The notes under the pieces: generated by a model
The model's input: the letters and a program-made list of their open reading frames with translations, nothing else
The model's database searches: none
What the model was told of the DNA's origin: nothing
Translations under genes and position numbers: made by a program
Shown: piece by piece, positions 38,068-49,500 of the stretch
How positions within the stretch are numbered: position 1 is the stretch's first letter
Layout of the letters: each line of letters starts with the position of its first letter
Assembly: GCF_006345805.1 (NCBI RefSeq)
Contig: NC_042999.1
Span: 121,892,001-121,956,000, forward strand
Length of the DNA: 64,000 bases
Direction of reading: 5' to 3'
DNA from: Octopus sinensis
Lineage: Eukaryota

Positions 38068-39136
38068 CAGTAGTATATTTTTTATATCGTGCTTTCACTT
38101 CACTACCGAGTACAGCTCTGTGTGCCTTGGGTATGTGCTGTGATTTGTTGTGATGCTCTGATGGTTATTGTATGGAAAGTGTTCTGTGTAGGATGTGTGC
38201 AGTGCCTAGTAGTGCAATTTTCTGTATGTTATATGTGTTTGTAAGTCCTGGTGTTTTTGTTATGTATTTGTCTGAATATTTTTTTATCATGCCTAATGCA
38301 CCTACTATGATAGGAATTGTTTCTGTTTTTAGATTCCACATTCTGGTTACCTCTATTTCCAGGTCTTTGTATTTTGAGAGTTTCTCCATTTCTTTTAGAG
38401 ACACGTTGTCATCTGCCGGTATTGATACATCAATTAGAAAGCATTTTTTTTCTTCATGATCTCTGACAACTATATCTGGCCTGTTGGCCTTAATTTCTCT
38501 ATCTGTGTGTATCGGCATATCCCAGAGTATGGTTGCTTTCTCGTTTTCTGTGACCTTTTCTGGTGTGTGCCTATACCATATTTTTTCTGTTGTTATTCCA
38601 TAATGTTGGCATAGCTTCCAATGTATGTAGGTTCCAACTCTGTCATGTCAGTGAATATATTCCTTCTTAGCCAGGACTGGGCAGCTAGAGATAATATGAT
38701 TTATTGTTTCTTGTCCATCTCCACATATTCTGCAGTTACTTGTAATATTTCTTTTCATTGCAAGTTTTTAGTAATTTCTGGTGGGGAGGCTTTGGTCTTG
38801 TGCTGCAATTAAAAATCCCTCTGTTTCTGCTTTGAGTCCTGAGTTTCTCAACCATTGCTGGGATTTTTCTTTGTCTATTTCTTTTGCGTTTAGTTTAGTC
38901 CAGTATTTACCTTGAAGGGGCTTTTCTTGCCATCGTTTTATCATGGTTCGTTGCTGTTCTAGTTTTAGTTTGGATTTCATTTGTTTTATAGCTTTTGTTG
39001 TTTCTTCTTCTTCTTCTTCTTCTTCTTCTTCTTCTTCTTCTTCTTCTTCTTCTTCTTCTTCTTCTTCATATATATTAGGTGGTATGATTTCTTGTTTGTA
39101 TTTGTCAGCTTCCTTAAATACTGAGAACAGTTTTTT
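38068..39136 (-). mobile_element. 5'-truncated R4/Dong-clade non-LTR retrotransposon (CCHC knuckle plus restriction-like endonuclease), inserted in (TAA)n
   Basis: One reading frame with two stops: ETEGFLIAAQDQSLPTRNY*..CRICGDGQETINHIISSC..H*HD..ILWD.PIHTD..NRPDIVV..LIDVSIP..KLSKYKDL..PIIVGALG..LLGTAHIL. About 95 nt of 3' UTR. (TAA)n on both sides. Confidence 0.92.
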
Positions 39137-39148
39137 ATTATTATTATA

Positions 39149-39190
<42 letters not shown>

Positions 39191-39348
39191 GTTCAGATGA
39201 CTGCTTGGAATCGAACTCAGAATCTTGGGGTTAGTAGCCAGCACTCTTAACCACTATGCCATATGCCCACGGGCATATGGCGTAGTGGTTAAGAGTGCTG
39301 GCTACTAACCCCAAGATTCCGAGTTCGATTCCAAGCAGTGACCTGAAC
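39191..39348. promoter_or_regulatory. Head-to-head pair of tRNA-like Pol III heads (78-bp inverted arms, 2-nt spacer)
   Basis: Arms 39191-39268 (-) and 39271-39348 (+) differ by 4 mismatches. A box TGGCGTAGTGG at 39278-39288 and B box GTTCGATTC at 39323-39331. No proper acceptor stem, so this is a SINE-type head and not a tRNA gene. Confidence 0.88.
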
Positions 39349-39375
39349 AATAATAATAATAATAATAATAATAGT

Positions 39376-39550
39376 AACATCGAAGAATACCTTAGGAATG
39401 AAAACCCAGGTTCGAAATTTCCCCAAGACACCTGAAGAAGGCTGGAGGGTATATCAGCCGAAACGTTGTGTTAACAACAAACAAGATGAGGACAAACATC
39501 CATCGAATGTAAATAATGTACATAATTCCTCATCTCTTAACTATAAAACT
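39376..39550 (+). mobile_element. 3' part of the right arm of the tRNA-headed hammerhead element
   Basis: Third copy of the family. It follows the head and (AAT)n and ends at a (TA)n tract. Confidence 0.9.
39427..39472 (+). ncRNA. Minimal type I hammerhead ribozyme (PLE-type)
   Basis: Stem I GACAC/GUGUU, core CUGAAGA plus an extra A, stem II GGCUG/CAGCC, GAAA, and a loopless palindromic stem III ACGU. Predicted cleavage after GUU at 39467. Confidence 0.75.
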
Positions 39551-40998
39551 GCTGTATATATATATATTTTGGAAGTACAGATATTTGGAAACAAGAATAG
39601 TTTCTGGAAAACATACTATTACATATTATTTCTGAGCTATTTTAACATAAAATGTTAATGCATTTTTTGTAGCCTAAGTAGTTACATGGGGATTAAAAAT
39701 ATTTCACTATCATTATATAACTACATAAATCTATGCTTTCTTGTCAGTTGTTAGGCATAACAATTAATAGAGTTAAGTATGGAATAAATCTCTCATAAGC
39801 AGTCTCTTGAGTTTAAAGAAGACTCACATTTAAGAAAGAGGGAGAAAATGTTTTTGTTGTGAACTAATTCTATATTATTTTATTTTAGTTGCCATCCTTA
39901 AATTACAAATTATATTTAATGTTTTTTTGATTTAAATTCATTTCTAACTCTAAATCTAAAGATATTTATTTAAAAAGGAACTAATTTTATTGTAATTTGA
40001 AAGTGATTTTTAGCAAACAGCTGGAAATATAATTAATTTCCCCATTAGTTAGCAATTCATCAAATAAATGTTTTCTCCTTGCTTTGGTTGAATTCTTTGA
40101 ACTAAACGCATCCTATTTAAAAAGAATTTTGTTGCAATATTAAAATAACAGTGGACACTTAGTAAATTGGTATCAATTCATGTTACATGCACTTTTCTGA
40201 CTGATCACTTTCTAAATTACATTTTAAACATCTTAATTAAGAATTAATTAAAATTTAAGAATGAATAGTTAATTGTAGTAAATTAAACTTCATAATATTT
40301 TTTTCAGTTTTATGGACAGCTTAATTCTGTTCACATTACCTCTTTCTTATAGTATTATCAAATACAGCATCTTCCATCTTTTGAGAATCTCTGAAAAGCT
40401 GTTGTCTATAAAAGGTATTACGAGGAATAATTTACTTCTTAGAGAGAAAAAAAATTATAAATAGAGATTGAAATAGTTTAAATTTTATTTTGCTATTTGA
40501 TGTGAATTAAAATGTGAACATATTTTTTGCTAACTATATTATTTATGAGACATTTTAAAAATTAATTAAAAATATAGGCACATCTATAGTAAAGAATAGT
40601 AAATAATTTTCATAAATTTAGAATAATACTTTATGAAGGAATTTACCCATAATACTATCATTCAAAATAAGGGAGACATTTTAAAACTGTAGTGTTATAT
40701 GTCAATTATAATGCCTTTTAAAAACATCTCTGAACTACCAGACCATTAAAATATTCACTGTCTAATACTAAATTTATTTCTTTATAGTGTCCAATAATTC
40801 ATAGAATCAATTTCATCCATAAGCAGAAGCTAATTCCAGTGGGGGCTGGATAATTTCCAATACATTACTAGTATGTCTTTTGATCAAACTCAAAACAAAA
40901 GGCAAAGTTTGCATTAAAAAGATTTAAATTCAGTTTACAAGATTAAGTTAAATACTTTAGACATTTAGTCTATCTAGCTTTAATATTTCTCCCAGTTT

Positions 40999-41212
40999 GG
41001 GCAGTGAGATGGCAGAATCATTAGCATGTCAGGCAAAAATGCTTAGTGGTATTTTCTCTGTCTTCATGTTCTGAGTTCAAATCCTGCCAAGGTCATCTTT
41101 GCCTTTTATACTCTCAGTATCGATAAAATAAAAACCACTTGAGCACTGGGCCCAATGTAATTGGCTCACAGCCTTTTAACTTGCTGGTCCTGAAACAAAA
41201 TTTGTAACCAAT
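40999..41212 (+). mobile_element. SINE family B, near full length
   Basis: GGGCAGTGAGATGGCAGAATCATTAGCA..TTCTGAGTTCAAATCC..TTTGCCTTT. A decayed opposite-strand copy lies at ~40820-40995. Confidence 0.8.
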
Positions 41213-42035
41213 ATTTCAACCAGTTAACTGCCACATCATAATTAATAATACCACAATTAAATCTGTATGAAAACTGTCTTTTTTATATAAACATATCTAA
41301 TATGTTAATAATATATTCAGTATCATTGTAAAGAAGTGTAGCACTAAATTTCCAATATTAAACTAGCACTTAATATTATTCATGAGCAATAACAAGATAA
41401 TATCAGTTTTGAATTTCATTGGAGCAAATGATATGAGTATAACTTTCATTATATGAGGGCTGATAAAAAGGCAAGATTCTGTCATAAACACAGATTAAAT
41501 GTGATTCTGTCTTAAAAATGTTATATTATATAATGTGTAGTGATATCTATAAATAACATTGTATGTTAGTTTTAATTCCTATATATTATAAATGATATTA
41601 TTATAAATTAAATTATGATAGTTTTCTCAGTTTTTTTACATAAATATTCTTATAAATATACTAGACAGAAATTTCTTCACATTAAAATATGTTTTGAATA
41701 TTTAGTATATGCAGTTATATCATACGTTTAATGAATTGATTTTGAAATATGAAAAAATAAGAATAATGAAATAGATAAAAAGTTAATAATGCTAGTACAA
41801 ATATTGTCTCCAACACATATTTCTTAACTTTATCACAATCACACTATTCTAGAAAAGTTCGAAAACAAGCTATGTTTGGTCATTTAGAATAAAGTACTCA
41901 AAGATAAGCCTGAGATTGGAAAGATATTTAATCCATAAATGTTAGTCCAATTACATATTTTGTCAGACTAGTGATTATGGAATACAGGTACATACACACA
42001 CACACACACACACACACATATATGTATATATATAT

Positions 42036-42083
<48 letters not shown>

Positions 42084-42699
42084 TGGTTATTTTGTTTTTT
42101 ATATATGGAACTGTATTGTCCAATGTATCAATGTACCTTTTGATAATTTAAGACATTTGGGTATGATTTCTGGGAAATTTAAGTGCTATTTCTAGAGTTT
42201 CCTGTGCTCAAGAGTTTTTGTTTTCTTGGCTTGAAGTAAACTTTGTTTATTAGTTCCAGATCAATGTTGGTCAAGCAAATTTATGATGAAAGATGTTCTG
42301 GCTATGTCAATGTTGACGTTTTGTATATCCTTTATTTAAGATGATAAAGTGTGATTTGAGAGAGATTTCACTTCTATTTCCAAAGTTGAGTGAACATTTT
42401 GAAACTCTCTTGGAAATGCAGATCAAATGACATTGCTTTACATTCCTCCCCATCCTCTGTCTGTCTGTCACTCTCACTCTCTCCGTCACACACACACACA
42501 TTTTCTGTTTCTTCAGAGAGGTGGTTGGAGGTATGCATTATCTTTATTTGATAAAGTAATTAGTGTCAGAGGTGATGTGAGATATTTATTTCTCTTGCAC
42601 CATCACCAACAAGGAGCTTCTCTTTGTTTTAATTATAAGTCCATTTTCCTTAATTTGTCTTCTTGTATTCATTGACTTCTTAATTTATTTCATTAAAAA

Positions 42700-44837
42700 T
42701 GTTGACATGAAAATATATATTGATGTATTTCAAGCCAAAAGTCGGCCAATTCATGTGGATGATGAGAAAGAAGTGACATTAAACACTTATAACATAGAAA
42801 ATAAACCTGAAATTGTCATGAGCCAATCACTATAAGCAAGAGACCAGATCTGTGGATAGAGCAATGTTTCAGCCAAACAGAAGGCACCGTGGCTGTGGAA
42901 TTGTACTGTCAATAGAGCCTTAAAAACTAAAAGACAGGTTTGCAAATATTACAAGAAAATGGGAACAAGATGCAATCTCAGATAACTAGGAGTGAATCTT
43001 GGTGGTTGGTATACATTGTGAAGATAGAAGTTGAAAGGGATTTGCCTATGCTCTGTGATAAGGTTTGAAGAACAAGGAGTTCTGGATGGCAAAGTAGTGT
43101 ATCAATGTGAAAATGTGAAACAAGATGTCAAAGAAATGCAGAGAAATGTATATAAGGAATAGTGGTGGCACACTTGCACTCATTGGTGTCAAGTAGAAAG
43201 CATTATGGAAATGTTATCATGGGAGGTTACTGAAGGAAGAGAAAATTCAGGAGAGGCGGGTTTGATGGAGACAGAGCCAACAAAGGGACCTGCTACTGAA
43301 GATATTTATATGGGTGAAATGGTCATTAAGGATATGAAATAAGGAAACCAGTTGAACAGTTAGGGACAATTGTTGAGACTCTAGAACTATCCACCAAAGT
43401 CGGTCACATACTAGGTAACTTGCTTAGTCATTCAGTACAGAGTGGTGTTACAGTCAAAAATTAGTATAGTAAAATCATTACCAAATGCTACTTGGGAAAA
43501 GAAGTGGCTCTAGAAAGAAGCAGTGACATCCAACTGATGAACCAGGATGTAAAAGTAACTGAAATTCTATAGCACTTGTTATTAGGAAGAGAATTAGCTT
43601 AGGTGAGATGCAGTTCAAGTGGGGTACAAGTGATAATCTCTTTCTAGTTAGATAACTATAGGAGAATTCCTTAGCCGCTCTACTTAGCATTTTTTTTTAA
43701 ACCTGGAGATAGCTTTTTACAGGATACAACATTCTGTAGCCTTGTGTTCAAGGTGTGGATAGATAGTGTATGAAATCTGTACATGTTATGTGTAGTGATG
43801 CCATTAATAAAGTGAAAGTTGGCAATGACTTCAATGATGAGTATTGTGTGCTCCATCAGAACTCAGTTATTAACCCTCTTTGCTTGTTGTGGTTCTATGG
43901 GCCATAATAGAGTTTAAAACAGTTTTTGCAGGAAACTTCTATATATCAATGGCATAGTTCTCAGAATGGATTATCAAATAAATTAAAGAATAAATTCCTG
44001 ATGTGAGACCAAAGTCTAGAATGGCAAGACTTCAACATAGACCTAGCAAATACTTAAGTATTAGTTCACATGAAAAAATCAGCTCCACTACCACTAGAAG
44101 AGTGGCTTGATCAACATGCTGAAAAGGAGAAGGTAGGGACTCTGCAGTGTGTGCTAAGCATAAATCATAGGTACTCAAAAGAAGCAGTGGAATCCCATTC
44201 AGGTAGGCAGGGAATAAAAAAGTTTGTTTGTTGCATGTATAATGAATACTTAGCAGTGTAAGCTCACATGAAATAGAAGTTTTTTTCAAATGCTTAAAGG
44301 TACCTTAGACGGAGTAGATGATAGATTTTTCTACCTAGGTAACCTGATTAACAAGACATGTTGATGGGAGAAGCAAAGGAAATCTCTCTGATGTTTATGC
44401 ACAAAGTGCAATGTCATATGGTAGCAAAACAGGTCCTCTGAATACAGTATATGTGTAAAGGTTACGAAAGAAATGAACAAAGTATGCTCCAATGGATATG
44501 TAATGTTTATGGGCATGAATGGCATCGTATAAATGTGTTGAGAGAAAAACTGGATGTGATTGGGATCAAATGTAAGCATTTGAGAGTGAGAAATAAATTG
44601 GTATTGACATATGATTCATATGAAGGATGTCAGTTGATTAAAAAAGTGGTAAGTGATCCAAGTGAAAGGAACTTTTGGAAGAGGAAGAGCCAGCTAGAAA
44701 TTGGAAGAAGTGGTGGAAAGTTAATCTAAAGAAACTGAACATCATGAACGAGATGTCAAAAGACACATTGCACAATTGATCTAATTTTAACAACCAAGCA
44801 TGCAAAAACCAATGTAAAAGATGATGATGATGATGAT
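42700..44837 (+). mobile_element. Heavily decayed RTE-clade LINE (RT pseudogene) with (GAT)n tail
   Basis: Fragments RKRISL.EMQF, LEIAF, HQNSVINPL, ERNEQSMLQWICNV, LREKL and GRGRA. (GAT)n at 44819-44837. Confidence 0.85.
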
Positions 44838-45004
44838 GGTGCTAGTAGTTGTCCTAATTGTTGCGTTGGTGGCTTAGTGGCAGCAGCAGTAGTTATGATG
44901 TGGTGGAGTGATGTCACATTTATTCAAACTCATTGTGAATCATACAGCATAAATATTATTTCGTGTTATGAAAATTCACACTCTTTTGATTCTTTTGATT
45001 CTTT

Positions 45005-45250
45005 TTCATCATCATCATCATCATCATCCTCATCATCATCATCCTCATCATCATTATTATCATCATCATCTTTCTATGCCAGTATGTGTTGGTTGGTTGT
45101 CAGTCTCAGTCATCACTTAATGGGAGCTTCAACTCCCAAAGTCTCCGTATCATCTAGCTTAGTTTCTATGGCTGTAAGCCCTTCCTAATGCCAACCACTT
45201 CACAGAGTGCATTAGTTGCATTTTTTCATGACAGCAACACTAGATATTGC
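45005..45250 (-). mobile_element. RTE-associated short repeat with expanded (CAT)n
   Basis: GTTTCTATGGCTG..CCCTTCCTAATGCCAACCAC is shared with 15095 and 35915. Confidence 0.75.
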
Positions 45251-46079
45251 TGAATAGTCTTTGGTGACACATTTTCTCTGCCCATTTTGCCAAAACTTTT
45301 ACCATGTGAACTGCATGTAGGGGGTCCTTGTACACAGTAAAAGTAAATTCAGAAAGGGATCAACGATGGCAGAAAAGCCAGAAATGGCCATTGGAGAGGT
45401 GGGGATAGGATATTAAAAGTAGATGTTAGGGAGTACTTAATAATTTAGGGCATATTTGTCTGTAGAGGTGACCAATCCAGGGGATATTGAAAAGAAAGAA
45501 AAGGTAGAAACAATGACATCAGATGGGCTGGATGGGAGGGGGATAAAGAACAAGTATATGATGGGAAGAAGTTGGGAGGGAGAGATGATTGGCAGTATCT
45601 CATGGACAAAGGTAAAGATGGGTGTTAAGACAAAGGTGAGAGTAAGTAGGGGTAGGTAAGTGATAGACAATAGAGGTAGATAAATGTTGAGGTGGGTGAT
45701 AAGATAAATGCAAGAGTATGTGAAGAGTGGCAATAAATGTGACTTAGAAGGGAGAGAAGGCTGGTATTAAGTTCAGTAAGGTAAAAATCTGATTTTACAT
45801 ATAGGTCTTCTACATATAGGTTTGCTGAAGAGCAAGTAGAGAAAGTGGTAAGGATGGTGCGGCCAGCATAGGTGGTTAGTGAATGAGAGCTATAGAGGCA
45901 ATCACGAAGAGAGTTGAGCAATAGGTAGATGGGAGATGGTTCAAGGATGTGAGTTGAGGGTTGCAACAAATATATTTCTGACAGAATACACATTTTACTG
46001 TGTCTATATGCAACCCTTGAGTTAGAGCATGTGTCTCCATGGTTAGATGGCACTGTATATCACCAGTCAGTCAGATCGT

Positions 46080-46520
46080 TTGTCATCTCTTTGACCTGCA
46101 GAAACAAGACTTCATCACATATCCTTCCTGGTTTCTCTCTTTCATGGGTTTCACTAACCTGGAGTCCTTAACACTCTCTTCTGCAGCAGTCAATCCCCAT
46201 GTGCACCACATACCCATACCAGTGTAGCCTTGTCTCTTGTGCACAACACCTGATTTCCCTTATATCTGGTTTTTATATAAGATCATTTGTATTTTTGAGC
46301 ACATGCTCAATAACATTACAAATCCAATGGAACATGCTTCATTTCTTCCTAGTCTTTGCAAGTCTTCTCTTTTCAGGGTCAACATCTTATTATCTTGCAG
46401 CGTAGCGATTTTAACACAAACATCATATAATCTATTCATCAATTTAAGGGAAAAGATCTGTGTTGACAGCAGAGGTAGTAGCTCTCTGAATTTCCTTCAA
46501 TCCTGGTCACTATACTGTCT
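46080..46520 (-). mobile_element. RTE-clade LINE fragment
   Basis: RKFRELLPLL..RLYDVCVK..EDLQRLGRNEA on the minus strand. Confidence 0.75.
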
Positions 46521-49500
46521 GAGCAATTCAATCCTCTGCTAAGTATATCACTAAATAATAGAAGTTGACTACTTCCAGTGAGCCTACTGAATATTTAAGA
46601 GAGTCTATTTTCAGTGCATATTATCCCAGTGCATTGCACATCCAAAGCTTGACTTCTATGTTAGTACATGAACATGGTTTGAATCGATGATGAATTCTTT
46701 TGGTTATGCCCATCTTTAAATATAATCCTGGTAGCTTTTACATTTCTAAACAGTACAAGTATGATTATTAGAAATGAAGGTTCCTCATTCAAAATCTATA
46801 AGAACAATTTCTATATTCTAGAATAAGGCACCTAATGATTATTAGGCATCAACATTATCATTAGAATGTAAATGCAAGCATTGTAAGTGTTCCCTTTATA
46901 GCTGACAATGACTAATTTTGGACCTAAAGACATGTAATATAAACTGAACGACCTTTTTATATTCTGATTTCCTGCTTCTCATTGTTGAATCAGCCAAATA
47001 AGCTTCAAAATGCATTAGAATCCAAAAATGTGAATGTCAACATGGTAAAGGCCAAAGTATTAATTAGATATAGAGATCATCACAAATTCTTGTATTATTT
47101 GGAAAGTGATCTTATATGATATATAGAAACAGAGTTAGAATGACTATATATTGTACACAAAGATGCAACACATTTACAAAATTCATTAAAGAATTTATGT
47201 CTGACTAATAAGAAACCATTACTTCAAAGACCCAAAAATAATTTGAAGTGGGAGCAATAAATAGAATTCAGAATTCTAAAAACTGCTCATGTTTGTCACA
47301 AGTCATGGGTAAAAATCTTTAGCATTTAAGTATCTCATTTTGGGGAAAGGTCATTGTCATGAAAAAATATTGTAAGTAAAGGGAGAAAAATTATGGTTTG
47401 AGGCTCAGATAATAAAAGGGGTTTTCATATTTGTGGAAAAAAGAGTATATAAAGCATGACTGAACAGTTTAATACATGGAAGTGGTACACAAACATTGAA
47501 TGTAGATTTGCAGAGGTTAAAGAGACTGAGTAAATTATGAATGGTTGGATGTAAAGCATTAATTTGAGTAAAATATAGAGCACAGGTGACATAATGGAGC
47601 AGCTTGCATTAGTGACTTAAGTTGATTTGTTCTGGAGAGACTGGTATGTGATGCAAATAGATGGCAAGTGCTAGGAAAAAGCAGTGAAGACAAGTCTTGA
47701 AATTTGAGTGTTACAAACAGGGTGATATGAGGATGTGATCTGCTTAATTGCAAGCTAATCCAACTCATTAAAAGTTTTTAAAAATTGATCATTGGTGCTA
47801 ATGATAGATGATCCACTCAAAGAGCCTATGTTTTATTCAGTACACTATGACATAAAGAAATACCTCCAATTATTTCTTTAATAATTATATTAAGATTTAT
47901 TTAATTCCTTATGTACAGAAGAACATCTCTTTTAATGTGAACATCCATACCTAGTGTTAACTAAATGACATATACTTCCTTTTTTCTTTCATAATATCGG
48001 TTTGCTTGCTGATTGATGATGTTATTTATCTTGCAGAAATTGCTTTCAGATATTTAGTTACTTTCAAATAAAATCTTTTAATCCATGTTCCTTTAATATT
48101 TATCTTCCATAACTGAAATCTTATGAGATACATCATTAATATTTTATAACACGAAGAATAATTTTATAATCTATATTTCTCTTTTTATATCATGTTATGT
48201 ATCATTATCAAAAAGACATTTTAACAATATTTTTGTTTTATTAATTGAAAGTTTTATGATTATATTTAAAATGACAGAAAGAGTAAATTTAATAAACAGT
48301 GGGCAGTAAACTTGATATTGGTTATGTTAAATAAAAAAAGAATTAAGAACAAATTTTTCAGTCACAGATATTTCCTGATTAATGCTACTTATGAACTCAT
48401 TTATCAACTAGCTTTTGAGTGTGGTTTAGCAGATCATATTTGAACAATATATACTAATAAACTTCAAACTGTTTCATTTTTGGCTTTGGTTTACGCCCAA
48501 TATATTTTATTGATATGTCAAGCTACAAAAAGTAATATCAATGTGAGACGTACATTTTGGTATTTTTTTCACTTTCCAGTGAAGCATAACCAACACCAAA
48601 TTTCTCTTCTATTATGAACACAGAATTTGTATGTAGTTGACAGAATAATTTTCTAAATTGATTTCCACAAAATGAAGAGGTTAAATGTGAAAAGTAGATT
48701 GTAAAAGTACAAACAAAAAAAAAATTGAAATGTCAAGTTGTCTAGTATAACCTAAGAATTCAACTTAGGTTATTTTATTAAAATTGATTGATGTCTTCAA
48801 TGATAAGATGAAATTAAAATCTGTTATATTAACTTTTGCATTAAAAGAAATGTGAAAATCACTAAGCATTAAGCAATGCTGATTTTATTGTGAGAAATTA
48901 GATTATTGTGCAAAATTATGAATAGAAGAAAGAAGTAAGTTTAGGATGGAGTTCGAAAATTTTTCAACATTTTGCATAGTATGTTAGCGACTGTTATGAA
49001 AGAGAAAAAATGTTTGTGAGGTTGAACTGTTATTTTGATCACAAGGTTATAAGTTCAAGTCTTTCTAGCACCATTGTGTTGTCCTTTGAAAAACATCTAT
49101 AAATCTACTTACTTTTGTCCTCTCAGTAATAAGAATGACATCCAACTCTAGAAATGATTAATCTCCCAAAACTATATCACTCATGGTAGCTGGTAAAAAT
49201 GGATGTGAAACAATCTAGCAAAAAATTATATAAATAGTAAATACATTGGTAATTCTTTATTCTTTAATAAATGAGGAGAAAGCAATTTAAACAATATTCT
49301 TAATGTAGTGAATAATATATCATTAAATGAACTTCTGCACTGATAAATGTATAACCCTCTGATTTAATAAAATTCAATGCATATTATGCTGCTAAATCTT
49401 TTTTTTTTTTGATATATCATTGAAATATTTTCAGCAAAATTAAAAATATGAATGAGATAATTTAATGTAACATTTCAAATAACAACACAAAATTGAAAAA

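Noticed and set aside
39271-39345. tRNA gene with apparent ACT anticodon
   Set aside because: The acceptor and T stems do not pair properly and it is fused to a repeat body, so it is a SINE-type head.
45300-46050. 142-aa minus-strand ORF with TFSTCSSANLY, faintly GIY-YIG-like
   Set aside because: It may be another decayed PLE, but the motif is too weak to call.
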